The notes: a model not told the origin generated them from the letters alone. Positions 25,652 to 39,700 are shown, counted from the first letter of the stretch. The stretch is 64,000 nt of DNA from Chrysomallon squamiferum (GCA_012295275.1 CM022677.1:8432001-8496000), one strand, 5' to 3'. Numbers and translations are program-made.

Positions 25652-26599
25652 AATTACAATAATAACAATAACAATAACAGAGCAATAATAGTAACAGAAA
25701 CCACGGTAGCATTATTATTATTATTATTATTATTATTATACTTGTTCATGTCGTTTGCAGGTGTTGTTATTACTGAATGTACAATATACATTTACTCAAT
25801 AATACAACTCTAATTAATTACTGATTTTAATCAGTGAAATTGGGATTTCTTTTTATTAAAAACGACATCTGCTGTAGAAAAAGAACTATATTTCTATGAT
25901 AAGTTTTAATAACATTAATATTCTTATTAAAATTAATTATGCAGAGACACAAATATGAAAGATGTGTAAAACTATGTGACGTCTGCTGTCGTATGTTGAA
26001 ACTTTAGACGCGTTCGCCATTAAGGAAATGAATCGTAAATTATATTTGATAATTAAACCTAATCACACTGTGTGTGTGTGTGTGGGGGGGGTTTGAACAT
26101 TTGATAAATTGAAGGCTTTTTTGTTTTGTTTTTGTTTTCTATCGTGTTCAGAACGTTCAACGCCAGCTACTATAAGTAAGAACTTTTAAAACAAACGTAA
26201 ACCATACTGACTCCTCAGTGTGTATGTGTGTGGGTGTGTTTGTGAAACCCCTCCGATAAATAGTCAGATGGTCAGATGTTATGTTTGAAACAACGCGACT
26301 GAGTCCCGAGCAAAACGTGCGCGTTGCAAAACCGTCAAACTGCAGTCCACACTCGTCAGTTCACAGCCCACCGGTAAGTCAGTGTACACCGCATCAGACG
26401 GAAGTAGATCTGAATGTGACAACGAACTGAGTAATTCTGTTAAATTAAATCATATCATAATGCAAGCAAGAAAATACATTTATATTTTGGTATCAGTTAT
26501 ATGAAAATAATTTTTATTTTTTTTATTTTTTTTTATTTCTTATAACAAAACAGAAGAAACTCGGGTTTATTTTCTAATGAGGGTGTTTTGACCGGTTAT

Positions 26600-26608
26600 C
26601 GTGTGAGT

Positions 26609-26639
<31 letters not shown>

Positions 26640-27045
26640 GATGGGGGTGTGTTTTGTGTTTCACTATTAAAAATGTATCTGTGTATGTATGTGTGTATGT
26701 ATGTTATGTGTGTATATGTATGTGTGGGTGTGTGTGTGTGTGGATGGGGTGTGTTTTGTGTTTCACTATTAAAAATGTATCTGTGTATGTATGTGTGTAT
26801 GTATGTTATGTGTGTATGTGTGGGTGTGTGTGTGTGTGTGGATGGGGTGTGTTTTGTGTTTCACTATTAAAAATGTATCTGTGTATGTATGTGTGTATAT
26901 GTATGTGCGAGTGTGTGTGTGTGTGTGTGGATGGGGGTGTGTGTGTGTGTGGATGGGGTGTGTTTTGTGTTTCACTATTAAAAATGTATCTGTGTATGTA
27001 TGTGTGTATGTATGTTATGTGTGTATATGTATGTGTGTGTGTATT
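26600..27045. repeat. TG-rich ~110-bp composite minisatellite, 4 copies
   Basis: Core GGATGGGGTGTGTTTTGTGTTTCACTATTAAAAATGTATCTG repeated 4 times. Confidence 0.9.
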
Positions 27046-27215
27046 CTGAGGTTCCTACATTAGCGCTGACGTATGAATATGTAATATATTCAGTAACACG
27101 TAGAGGGAAAATGTCAATTTATCTGTTTCCTCTTTCAATAACAGAGACTAATGTGTTCAAGCGCGTGCTATCAGCCCCCCCCAGCCCCCCACCTATACAC
27201 ACACATACATACACC

Positions 27216-27292
<77 letters not shown>

Positions 27293-28314
27293 ATCAGTAT
27301 AAATGAAAAATAACAATGTTTCTAAGGAATCATATAAAAATATTTTAAAAGAAATCACAAACAATAAAAAAAAATTCTGTTAAAGAAAAAGAACAAGTTA
27401 TTTCATGATAAACAATTCAAACAATGATTATAATAATCAGTTAATTAATTGCTCGTTAAAATGAACTAATTAGAGTGGCGACATAATTATGCACTGCGGA
27501 TAAGAATTCTTAACAATAATTTTAAAATTATAATTAACTAATTGAGCTTTGATTAATTTCAATGCAAAGAAATCGTTAATATAATTGTTCCTAATTTCAG
27601 CAGTAACAGTCAGTGATAGTAGTCGTGAATGCAAAGTTAGAATAGTGCAGTTGTAGTACTAATAGTAGCAGTAATATTAATAAGTAGGTATAGTGATAAT
27701 ACTAGTAGCAGGTGTAGAAATTGTAATATTAGTAATGGTAGTGGTAGTGGTATTAGTAATAGAATGAAGTAGTAGTAATAATTGTAAGAAGCGGTAGTAA
27801 TAGTAAGTAGTAATAGTGGTACTAGTAGTAGTAGTAGAAGCAGTAGTAGTGATACAGTAATAGTAACAGTATATAGTATAACTGTAGTATTAAAATTAGT
27901 AATGGTGGTAGTAGTATTAGTGTCTGTGTGTATGTAACGTTATGTATGTATATGTGTGTGAATGTGTGTGTGTGTGTATTTTGAGGATCCTACATTAGCG
28001 TAACATTTATTAGTAACTATTATATGAAATAGTAGTAGTAGTAGTGGTAGTAGTAGCAGCAGTAGTAGTAGTAGCAGTAGTAAGTAATAGTAGTAGTAGT
28101 AATAGCAACTAGCAGCATTTGAAGTAGCAGTAATAATCAGTAGTAGTAGTAGTAGCATTAGTAATAGAAAGTAGGATAATGGTAATACAGTAGCAGATGT
28201 AAAAACTGTAAATATTAGTAATGGTGTTAGTGGTATTAGTAAGTAGCAGAAGTTGTAGTAGTAGTAGTAATAGTAGTAAGTGATTATCATAAGCCAGTTG
28301 TAGATTACTAGCTG

Positions 28315-28411
<97 letters not shown>

Positions 28412-29477
28412 AACCTGAGAAGACAAATCTTGGAACAGAAAAGATATGTTAGTTAATTGTAGGTAGATATTATTTATACTAGTCCATTTGTTGCACGTTA
28501 TAATTAATTTGCTAATGAACGTAGGTTTTATTGAACAAACTAGCGGAAAATAATAAATATTTCCCCAATGACTATTGTGATTTGGATGAAACAGTTATCA
28601 GTTAAACAATTTATAACTTCAGGTCTGTATTACTTTTACTCTTGTTTTACTGTTACTTTGATGTATGTATGTATATTTATTTATTTATATATTTATTTTA
28701 TTTTATTTGTTAATTTATTTACTTACTTACTTAGTTTGTTACTTGACTTAAATTTTATTTTTAATACAAGATTAGTTATTAGAATTCGAAAAATATAAAA
28801 AAAATAATTAAAAAAAAAAAATAATAATAAATGTAAATAAATAAATAACTAAAGTAAGAAAAAAGAAGAAGAAAAAACCTATTATTATTTATTTAGTTAA
28901 TGCGTTAGTTAGTGAGTCAGTTACTTTATATATATTTATATTTGCTTTATTTACTTTATTTGAAGATCTAAAAGTAACTGATTTCTACGACATTTAGTTT
29001 AAATATTTTGATAACTAAAAAAACAAAACAAAAATTAATTACTGAACTGAAACTCGTACAACGATCACAAAAATAGTAACCTAAGTAAATAAATAAATAA
29101 AAAGAAGGACACAATCGAAAAGAAATCATGATCATATAATAAGTATTTTAAAACCCAAATTTTGTTTTTGAACCTTATTGTTATTACTTATTTAAATTTA
29201 TTTTTCATAACTTTAAAACACTGCTAGTTTCTATAGTTGTCTTTCGTAGCTGAATCAGTTAAAATACGTTATAAATAAACACATCATAACGTCCCAAGTA
29301 ACAAACGAATACTTAAAAGCTAAAAGCAGGGCATCTTAAACAGCTTTACATGCCCCTGGGCACAACATCCCTCCGTCTCCACACCTTCTCACAGGAATCA
29401 AAGTGTAAACAGTCCATAAAAATTAAACTTATATTTATTGTGTTGGTACTTCCAAAGGTGAAGCGACTTGAATCGAT

Positions 29478-29538
29478 CTTGACATACACATACTTGACAT
29501 ACACATACTTGACATACACATACTTGACATACACATAC
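29478..29538. repeat. 15-bp tandem repeat x4
   Basis: CTTGACATACACATA x4. Confidence 0.9.
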
Positions 29539-30228
29539 TCCCTTTTCCGTGAGATCTATTGTACACATACAGGCAAGTGAGGTAGAGGAGATTGCCAATG
29601 TCAGTTTGTTAGCCTAAAAAATTAACATTAATGTTGTTCGTTTTCTTTAGTTAAAAACATGTTAAATAGGTTTGTTTTTTCTAGTAACACATGTTCATAG
29701 TTTAATACAGTATAGTGCTTATTTATTTACTGACATTATTAGTATTACAGCAAGTCACACACAGATAGCTTAGCGAGAACCCAGCGCGACACTGCGTTAT
29801 ACGTTCATCTGGGGTTTTTTAATAATGATAAATAAAAAAAGTGATTTCAAAATTCCGATGGATCGACTAAAGAAGTAGTTAGTTGTTAGATTAAATAAAT
29901 AAAAAAATACTTCAAGCAATCCTCTTCTAAAAAAAAAATAAAAAAATACAGCAATAACAGCAATAATAACAACCACAATAATAGTAAGATATGACGGTGA
30001 TGATGAAGAAGAAGAAGAAGAAGAAAAATATGATGATGATGATAAAGAAAATTAATAAGAAGAATGATAAATCAATTTTCTCTTTGTTCAGACATCCTTA
30101 ATTGCGCCCATATATTATGTAAGATTAGTAATGTCAATTATTTATTTATTTATTTATTATTATAATTATTATTATTATTATTATCCTTCATTATTAGTAT
30201 TGTTTATTTAATTTATCCGCGCTGCAGG

Positions 30229-31374
30229 ATGGAAATGAACGTCAGTATTACATCGTGGCCACTTACATCATCATCAAGCTGGTTAGAAGCTGCTACTGAG
30301 GCAGTTGTAACAACGGAAGAATTGCACGGAAGTCTGCACGAGAACAACGTAACTGACGTCGACGGCTGGCCGTATTTCAAGATATCGGGTCCATTTTATC
30401 TGGCGACTGTATTCGCAGTTATGTTTATTGGTTTGGTTGGAAATGTTTTCGGAATGTTTTTAATGAGTGACAAGGAGTTTTCTTCCTTCTCTTACCCAGT
30501 CTACTTGAAGGCCCTCACTGTCTCCGACAGTGTTCAGCTCATTGTCAGGTTAGTGGACGAACTCTTTATGACCTATACGTCTACGCTGATAAGTCACTAC
30601 AACGACGTCATCTGCAAGATTTGGCAGTACTTTAGATACAGCTCGTTGATGTTGTCGCCGTGGCTGGTTGTCGGACTCAGTGTTGATCGATACTTTTGCG
30701 TTCTTTTTCCAATGAAACGGGGCAAATTTTGTACCAAGAGAAAGGCCATTATCGTCTGCTCAGTTATGGCAGCGGCTTCAGGAATTATAACGATGCCGAT
30801 GTTGACAAGCTTACAGATAACAGAAGGCCTGTGCGCTGGACCGTACAAACTTTTCTTTCTATTTATAGCAATTCGCTTGGTTCTCTCTTCTACCTTTCCC
30901 TGTCTTCTCATCTTCATCCTCAACACAGCAATTATCATTCGAATTCAACGAAGCGCAGCTTTCAGGAAGTCATTCATGTCCTCAAACTCGTCAAGTTCAT
31001 CAAAAACCAAGCAGGACTCGTCCACAAGGCCTCTGGTTCTAATCTCTGTGTTTGCTTTCGTCACCCTGACGCCTCTGTCCGTCGGAGAATGCGTGGAGGT
31101 TCTGCTGAACATAACAAACCAAGATAGGAAAGCGGTGCATTTGGCAATTGAACTGTGGCCTATTTTTCAGATTATATACCTGATGAACTTCGGACTGAAT
31201 TTTTACATCTTAATTGCGAGTTCTTCTAACTACAGAAAAGTCCTGGCTAAGCAAATGAAATGCACGAACAGCAACCGAAGAGGAAACGAAAACAACAAGA
31301 CTTCAAATGCTGCAGATAGAATTAAATCAGTTGAAAGGTTTACCTCCAGCCTGGAAGCTGTCAAAAAGGAATAG
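30229..31374 (+). CDS. Rhodopsin-like (class A) orphan GPCR, peptide-receptor/candidate chemoreceptor-like, 381 aa, intronless CDS
   Basis: Seven hydrophobic spans, GLVGN (TM1), L..SD (TM2), C in TM3, DRY, FP (TM5), P in TM6, NFYIL in TM7; N-terminal N-glycosylation sequons; CAG acceptor 1 nt before the ATG. Confidence 0.95.
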   Translation: MEMNVSITSWPLTSSSSWLEAATEAVVTTEELHGSLHENNVTDVDGWPYFKISGPFYLATVFAVMFIGLVGNVFGMFLMSDKEFSSFSYPVYLKALTVSDSVQLIVRLVDELFMTYTSTLISHYNDVICKIWQYFRYSSLMLSPWLVVGLSVDRYFCVLFPMKRGKFCTKRKAIIVCSVMAAASGIITMPMLTSLQITEGLCAGPYKLFFLFIAIRLVLSSTFPCLLIFILNTAIIIRIQRSAAFRKSFMSSNSSSSSKTKQDSSTRPLVLISVFAFVTLTPLSVGECVEVLLNITNQDRKAVHLAIELWPIFQIIYLMNFGLNFYILIASSSNYRKVLAKQMKCTNSNRRGNENNKTSNAADRIKSVERFTSSLEAVKKE

Positions 31375-31666
31375 TACGACAAACAGTGAAATGAACAGAA
31401 TATTCTAAGCGTTAATTGACTACTACTACTAGTACTACTACAACTACTATTTTTGTTGTTATCATTATTATTGTTGTTGTATTATTATTGTTGTTGTTAT
31501 CATCGTTATTATTGTCGTTGTTGTTATTATTATTGTTGTTGTTGCTGTTGTAATGATAATTGCTATTATTCTTGTTCTTGATGTAATTATACTTGCTGTT
31601 TTATTATTATAATTGTTGTTGTTGTTGTTGCCGCTGTCGTTGTTGTCGTCGTCGACATCATCATCA

Positions 31667-31707
<41 letters not shown>

Positions 31708-32491
31708 AGTTAGTACTTGTTATATGTATAGCGAAAAGTTTAATTATTTTAATTAATTTTATTACTTTCATTGTACATTTTGTTGTTAATTCTAATCGTG
31801 ATAATAGACATCGTAACACGTTACAAAATAATAATAATAATAATAGTAAATAAAATAATAAATAATAAAAGTTTCAGTCCATTCACGTGCACACATACAA
31901 TTTTGAAGAAAAAAAAAATATATATATATATAAAGGAAATCATAAAATTATGGAAAACTAAAATTTATAGAAAGATTTACGTGGCAGTGAAATTTCACAA
32001 CAGAAAGAGTTTTGACAAAAGAAATGCGTATTTCAGTCTTAGCTCCGTCAGAGATTGTTTCAAAATGTCGTCGTCTTTACAACGCTGATGTTGTATAATA
32101 AATAACTCCGTGAAATACTGTTTAAATCTTTCTTTTTTAATGTTGTAATGTGCAAGAGTAAATGTTTTGTTGAAAATAAACTGACAACATAACTGTTCTG
32201 CGTTGTTTTTTTTATGTGATAATGTGCATTTGAATTTGTGTGTGTGTGTTTGTGTTTATGTTCTTCAAAACTCTTATTACAAACGCTATAAAGAGTTAAA
32301 AAAAAAAAAAAAAAAAAAGTCATAAATGTCATAATTAAATTAATAATTAAACCCTGGTAATCTAATAATATTTTGGGTCCAAAACTGAAATATTTATGAA
32401 AAAAAATCACATTTTGTAATAACTGCATTATATTTTAAGGTAAATAATAATCTATTTCTTAATACTCTTTATTATTCGTTTTTCTTTTTAC

Positions 32492-32597
<106 letters not shown>

Positions 32598-32685
32598 ATA
32601 AGCTTGCTCGAAAGATTATTTGGTTACATGTATATAATGCAATGCTTGTACTTAACAATTTAAAACAATTTCTTGTATCAATGCT

Positions 32686-33180
32686 AAATCTAAAGAAATA
32701 TCTTTCTGTTCCTGTATCAACGAATAACTGAATTTAAAGTAATATCTTTCTGTCCCTGTATCAATGAATAACTAAATCTAAAGAAATATCTTTCTGTTCT
32801 TGTATCAACGAATAACTGAATCTAAAGATATATCTTTCTGTCCCTGTATCAATGAATATCTGAATCTAAAGATATATCTTTCTGTTTATCAATGAATAAC
32901 TGAATCCAAAGATATATCTTTCTGTCCCTGTTTCAATGAATAACTGAATCTGAAGAAATATATTTCTGTTCTAGTATCAATGAATAACTAAATCTAAAGA
33001 AATATCTTTCTGTCCCTGTATCAATGAATAACTGAATCTAAAGATATATCTTTCTGTCCCTGTATCAATGAATAACTAAATCTACAGATACATCTTTCTG
33101 TTCCTGAATCAATGAATAACTGAATCTAATGATATATATTTCTGTCCCTGTATCAATGAATATTTAATCTAAAGATATAT
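32686..33180. repeat. ~44-bp minisatellite, about 11 copies
   Basis: Unit AATCTAAAGA(A/T)ATATCTTTCTGTCCCTGTATCAATGAATAACTG. Confidence 0.92.
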
Positions 33181-33564
33181 GTTTTCATATAAATAAAAAA
33201 TAAAATGAAATGAAATTCGGTTCATTAAAAAAATATATAATATATTATTTAGTAAATATATAATGAAAGAATAAAAAATAGAAACCAAGAAAGAATGAAA
33301 GAAAGAATGTAATAAAGCTTAATAAATAAACAAAAAAAAAACTGCTTAATTAGAATTTATTTCAAATAACAAGTGATAAACGGGTGCGAATTAAAAAGCT
33401 AAAGAAGGGAAAATCGAGTATTTAAGTTTTTATTATGACAATACGTAAATTAATTGATAGACACTGCATGCTGTTATACAACAAATGTGTTGACTTTGTT
33501 ACCGTGGCTGAAGTCACTGTCACTATTGCACTTAATACAGTAAGAATCATTAATAATAATACAT

Positions 33565-33596
<32 letters not shown>

Positions 33597-33778
33597 TTTT
33601 TTTTTTTTTTTTCAGCAATAACAACAGTAATGGTTACAACAAAAATACCAACAACAGCAATAATAATAATAACTATAATAATATTAACAATAGTAATAAC
33701 AACAACAACCATTATAATAACAAGAACACAACAGCATCTCAGTATCAATGCGTACAGATTGATAATTTCCACAACAAC

Positions 33779-33815
<37 letters not shown>

Positions 33816-33957
33816 CAACAACACCTACCGCTATTAAAACAACAACAATCATTGTAACATTGACAATAGAAATTAAAAACAAGAACACAACAAAACAAAG
33901 TACCGCTTAAGAGACAGCGATATATTTACAACAATTTCAACATCGACAGTACTGTTT

Positions 33958-35103
33958 TCACTGGGGTTCTGGATCACATTCAACGGATTCTAATTTTGAG
34001 GAAAACCTTTCATTAGAAGTTACTTTAATTTTAGTTGCTGAGGGTTCATGGTCACCTGGGAGAGTTCTTTGGCTGCAAACACATTTCATTTTCTTAGCCA
34101 GGACTTTTCTGTAGTTAGAAGAACTCGCAATTAAGATGTAAAAATTCAGTCCGAAATTCGTCAGGTATATGACATGAAATACCGGCCATAGTTCTATTGT
34201 CAGAAGTAAAGTTTTCGTATCTTGGTTTGTTATGTTGAGCAGAACCTCCACGCACTCTCCGATGGACAGGGGCGTCAGGGTGACGAAAGCAAACACCGAG
34301 ATTAGAACCAGAGGCCTTGTGGACGAGTCCTTCTTATTTTTTGATGAACTTGACGAGTCAGAGGATGCGAATGACTTCCTGAAGGTGGCGCTTCGTTGAA
34401 TTCGAATGATAATGGCAGTGTTGAGAATGAAGATAAGAAGGCAGGGAAAGGTAGACGACAGAAACAACCGAACTGCGATAAAGATAAAGAAAACATAGTA
34501 AGGACCGGCGCACTGGCCTTCAATAAGATTGACGCTGGTCAAGATGGGAAGAGTAATCAGTCCTGAGAGAACTGCAAAAACTGAGCAGACGACAATGGCT
34601 TTCTTCCTTGTGCAAAATTTGTCACGTTTCATTGGGAAAAAAACGCAGAAGTACCGATCAAGACTGAGTCCAACAACCAACCACGGCGACAACATCAACG
34701 AATTGTATCTTATAAACTGCCAAATCTTACACGCGACGTTGTTGTAGTTGCTGACGCTAAAATTAGAAAACAGCGTAAACGTTGCCTCGATGACCCTGAC
34801 AATGAGCTGAACACTGTCGCAGATAGTGAGGGCCTTCAAGTAGACTGGGTAAGAGAAGAAAGAAAACTCCTTGTCACTCATTAAAAACATTCCGAAAACA
34901 TTTCCAACCAAACCAACGGTGACAACAACTACCACAATGGCCCAGTAAACTGGTCCCAGGAGACTGAAGTAAGGCCAGCCGTCTAGACCAGTTGTGTTTC
35001 CCTTCACGACATCATCTGTTGTAATAACTTCAGTTGTAACTTCAGAGAAACTTGACGATATACTGCTAAGTGACCAAGAGGTAATGCCATCGTTTGATTC
35101 CAT
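33958..35103 (-). CDS. Class A orphan GPCR, inverted paralog of 30229-31374, 381 aa
   Basis: Same motifs (GLVGNVFG, SLDRY, SSTRPLVLIS, NFGLNFYILIASSSNYRK) and colinear with the + strand copy. Confidence 0.95.
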   Translation of the reverse strand: MESNDGITSWSLSSISSSFSEVTTEVITTDDVVKGNTTGLDGWPYFSLLGPVYWAIVVVVVTVGLVGNVFGMFLMSDKEFSFFSYPVYLKALTICDSVQLIVRVIEATFTLFSNFSVSNYNNVACKIWQFIRYNSLMLSPWLVVGLSLDRYFCVFFPMKRDKFCTRKKAIVVCSVFAVLSGLITLPILTSVNLIEGQCAGPYYVFFIFIAVRLFLSSTFPCLLIFILNTAIIIRIQRSATFRKSFASSDSSSSSKNKKDSSTRPLVLISVFAFVTLTPLSIGECVEVLLNITNQDTKTLLLTIELWPVFHVIYLTNFGLNFYILIASSSNYRKVLAKKMKCVCSQRTLPGDHEPSATKIKVTSNERFSSKLESVECDPEPQ

Positions 35104-35303
35104 CCTTCAGTTCGTTACGACTGCAATAAGGTAATAGAAGCTGCATAAACGTCGTTGTTATAACAATGTCGGAACTTAAAATGTTCATGTTATACTGAAA
35201 GGTTTAACAAATAAACGTACTAATGTTTTATAAAATGGTGTAAAATAATTTTAGAATCTATATAAAAATAATTGTAATAATTAACTAATTAATTAATTAA
35301 TTA

Positions 35304-35358
<55 letters not shown>

Positions 35359-35619
35359 TAATAAAGAATAGTAATAATAAAATAATAATAATAATAATAA
35401 ATAATATTTTAGTAAACTATAAAACGAAACAAACCTTTCTCGAAGAAATCTGTAAATATGACATCTTCCTGCAGAAGATGGGTTTTTATTATTAAAATAC
35501 TAACCAATCCTGAGACAGAAAAATAAATGACAGTCTGTCACATTAAACTGTGTTCTTAATAAATATTTAATATGCGGTGAAATAAACAAGTTTGTGAAAT
35601 GGAAAAGCTGTGTATTTGT

Positions 35620-35840
35620 GTGTTTGTTGTGTTTATGTGCGAGTGTGTGTTTGTTTGTGTATGTGTGTGTTTGTTGTGTTTATGTGCGAGTGTGTGTGTA
35701 TGTGTGTATTTGTTGTGTTTATGTGCGAGTGTGTGTGTGTATGTGTTTGTTGTGTTTATGTGCGAGTGTGTGTGTGTGTGTTGTGTTTATGTGCGAGTGT
35801 GTGTGTGTGTGTGTGTTTGTGTGTATGTGTTGTTTGTGTG
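35620..35840. repeat. TG-rich minisatellite
   Basis: Core TTGTTGTGTTTATGTGCGAGTGTGTG, about 5 copies. Confidence 0.85.
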
Positions 35841-38290
35841 GATTGTATTCTTTATTAATTACAATGTAGTTATTCCTAATACAATGTACATCTTTGTGTG
35901 GCATAAAGGTAATAAGCACAACGACAACGACAACAACAACAATATGACGACGAAAAAGAAGAAGAATTAATAACCAACTTACTGTATTTAGTTTCTCTGA
36001 CAAAGACACACAATCCCGTACAATAATAGAAACTTTTCTTTTGTAAATAATAATACTATTCAAATACTAATTAAGGAAAAAAAAATAAAAAATAAATACA
36101 ACTAAAATTATAAAGAAATAATGTTTATCAAAGTATACTTTTTCCGAGCACTAAATTTAATATTTGAGGAATTGATAAGAGGATTTTTTTTTTTTTTTTA
36201 AATCTTGAATGCATTTTTCTGCATTCTGGAAGTAAATCTGAAATGTTTCTTTGCCTCAAAATATATCAAATTTTACAAGAACTTGTAGAACTAAGGCCAT
36301 TTGCTGTTTGCCATTCAGTCATGGAATGAAAATTAAAGACGTGAGTAACATTATTGCGCGTGACAACATCGGTCCCGTCATAACCGCGAAAATATGAAAC
36401 AGTTCACGTCGGGTATATATATATATATATATATACACATTCTGTGGATGGAACTCAGCAGACTTAAAGAGAGTCATACACCTCGCAAAGAGAAATATTT
36501 GAAAAATAAATAAATAAATGTTATAAATTAATTAATACTTTATACATTTGTAATAATTTGTATATTTTTCATGGAAATTGTTTCAGCGATCACGACCAAT
36601 CTTTGCAAATACAACTGTAGTAGAAGCGAATGCAGTATCAGGGGAGGCAATTTAAATTAGAAACTGTGGCGAAAAATGTGTTTTTGTTAGCTTACAATTT
36701 CGGTCGCCTCACAAAGCCCCAATACTCCCATGGAGAAAATAAATTACATTAATTACATTGTTTTTCTATACGGCTTGTAAGTTTGTTGTATCTAATTATT
36801 AGTTCTAAAATTCATGTAGAGAAATTTCCGCCACATGCAGAGATATTTTTAATTTATGAGCCATCCTCCATCGCAGGAAAACAAAGTACGATTTCCACAA
36901 CTTTATTAATCAATATGTAGTTAATGTGTTTTTATGAAATAATGAACAGGAGATAATTTAAAAGCCTGCAGCAGAGGAGGAGACATGAGATTTTATTGAT
37001 AGAGCTAGATGATAATTATTTTAAATTTATGTTTCTTTTAAGATTCGAGGAACCCGTCATTTTGGTTAATCAAGACCTTGTTATTGTCTTTCGTCATTTA
37101 CATGTAAAAGACACAAATATGTTACGTCTCGTTTACATGTATTTACATTTAGCATAATATTTAAAACATTTACCAAATTATATCATTAGTTAATAGTTAC
37201 AAATGCGTCAACATTTATAAATAAATAAATAGAATGTAAAACTCCACACCAATAAAAATATAGGTTTTTGTTTGTTGTTTTTGAGGCGGGGGTGTCTTTT
37301 GCTTTCTTTTTTCCCACCCCAAGTAAATCATAAATTCTGAAAAACTACACATAATGGAATAATAATTAAGAATGTGTACAGATGGGGATAAAGAAAGGTA
37401 TTCTTCTAAAACTTCAGCTAACATAGTAAATTGAAAAATAAAACCAGTATTTATTCAGCAATATATATATATATATACACAACTTTCGGTAATGGTAACA
37501 TATCTGTAATTGATTTAAATGCAATAAACTCTTGTTCCAAGACAATAATTACTTATTCATCTTCTGTATCTTTTTTTGTATGAATCTATATAAGTAAATA
37601 TACTGTTAAAGTAATAAATTAATATGTGTATATATATTTTCATATACATGTTAAGCATGAACAATAACTGAAAACAAGATATAAAAATAAAGTAATGTTC
37701 TTAATTATAGAAAAATAATTATCTTAATTATTTTGTTTATCAAAACATGTTCTTATTTTAATTAATATATCCAAGGTGAATGTAGTTAACACTGGTTAAA
37801 AGCACTAATTGATAGTTAATATACTTTCATTTGTTATAGGTTCTTGTGCACCTGTATGCATATAAACATAAATAAAATAAGACAAACATTATAACTAAAC
37901 AAATAAATTCCTAATCTAACTGTGCCATCCATCCGATATCTTAGTGATGCATTTATTACACTTCTTAAGGTGCGTGTGTTTATTTTTAACAGAGAAGTTT
38001 AGTTAAACAAAACAATATTTCTTTGTTCCAATGAATAATAATAAGATGCAGTAAATTTTGATTTCTGCTGTTTAATTTGGCGTTATTAATATAATATTTA
38101 GGAATATAACTTTTAATTACAATACAACAAAACTGGTTTGGGTTTCTCCTACCTTCAGCTGAAATATGTAATCTTGTATTTCTCCTCACAATTAAATTAG
38201 TTTTGTAGTAAAACAAACACCACAAGTCTGTGTTTATTGATACTCTTCAAGTGTTATTTAACTGGACCAACCATATCCATATCCATATCT

Positions 38291-38337
<47 letters not shown>

Positions 38338-38749
38338 CTTCCTCTTATCTTTCACACATTGCAAATCCAGAATCATCAGAATCTAATGAAACAGCTGTAA
38401 AACAAAATAAGGGTCTTGTCAAGGCTAAGAAATGGCTTCAAAAGCATAGTAACAAAAAAGAACCACACTGTGTAAAAATTAGTTTTCCAGTTTAATATTT
38501 TACATATAAAGATTTGTGTGCGTTAGCGTATTTGTGTGTCAAAGGATAAATACAAAAGAAAAGACTTGCATCACATTTTTGGTCATGGATGTTGATATAT
38601 GAAATATTAATTACATTGTTAATCTTACCATATTACTGACCAGCTTAATGTAACAATACAAATATAAATAAGTCAGTAAATAAACAGTACAAAGATACAT
38701 AGATGTTTGTATTTCACTGAATCACTTAATCAAAAGACAGACAAGTTTA

Positions 38750-39700
38750 CTATAATCACTGAATCTAAAGATATATTATAGTTTTTAATAACTGAATAAG
38801 AAAATATAAATATTTATACATCACTAAAGTGAAGTCTGTATATTGTTACTATTCAAATATCCCTAGGTGATTAAACATTTTGAATAACTGGATATAGTAT
38901 TGTTTATATGTCTGAATAACTGAATCTAAAGATTGTATCGAACAGTATGTATCTCTAGTTCTGAGATAATTATTTTCGGTTGTTAAAATATTTATGTTTA
39001 TATATCACTGAATCTAAAGATATAACATTCTGTTCATATATCACCAGGTGTGAGATAAATATTTCTAACACATGAATCTAAAGATTATATCATTCTGTTC
39101 GTGTATCTCAAGTTCTGTGATAACATTTTGAATAACTGGATATAGTAATGTTTATATGTCAATGTCACTGATTCTAAAGATTATTATTTATATCACCAAA
39201 TCTAAAGATATGATCAACATTTTTCATAATGTTTATATATCACTGAATCTATAGATATTACTCATAAATCTCTAGGTGTGAGATAAACATTTCTAAAGAT
39301 TATTATTTATATATCATCAAATCTAAAGACATATTGTACTCTTTGTATCTCTTTAGGTCTGCGATAACATTTTTAATAACTGAATACAGTAATGTTTATA
39401 TATATATATGAATAATTGAATCTAAAGATAAATTATACTGTTCATATGTCCAAAGTGAATCTAAAGATAAATTATACTGTTCATATGTCCAAAGTGAATC
39501 TAAAGATATATTATACTGTTCATATGTCCAAAGTGAATCTAAAGATATATTATACTGTTCATACGTCCAAAGTGAATCTATAGATATATTCTATCTACGC
39601 ATCTAGGTCTGGAAAAGATTTTTAATAACTGAATGTAATGTTTATATATCACTGAATTACTGAATCTAAAGCTATATCATACTGTTCGTATATCTCTAGA
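38750..39700. repeat. Diverged satellite of the GAATCTAAAGATA family, with a younger 39-bp array at ~39417-39590
   Basis: Recurring TGAATCTAAAGAT core; 39-bp unit TGAATCTAAAGATATATTATACTGTTCATATGTCCAAAG about 4 times; TTTTGAATAACTGGATATAG-like motif at about 250-bp spacing. Confidence 0.85.

Noticed and set aside
21165-28426. ORFs of ER/SL/CV/poly-L/poly-Y type here and at 31593-33898, 35594-36063, 52077-52578, 60334-63565
   Set aside because: Translations of microsatellites and minisatellites.
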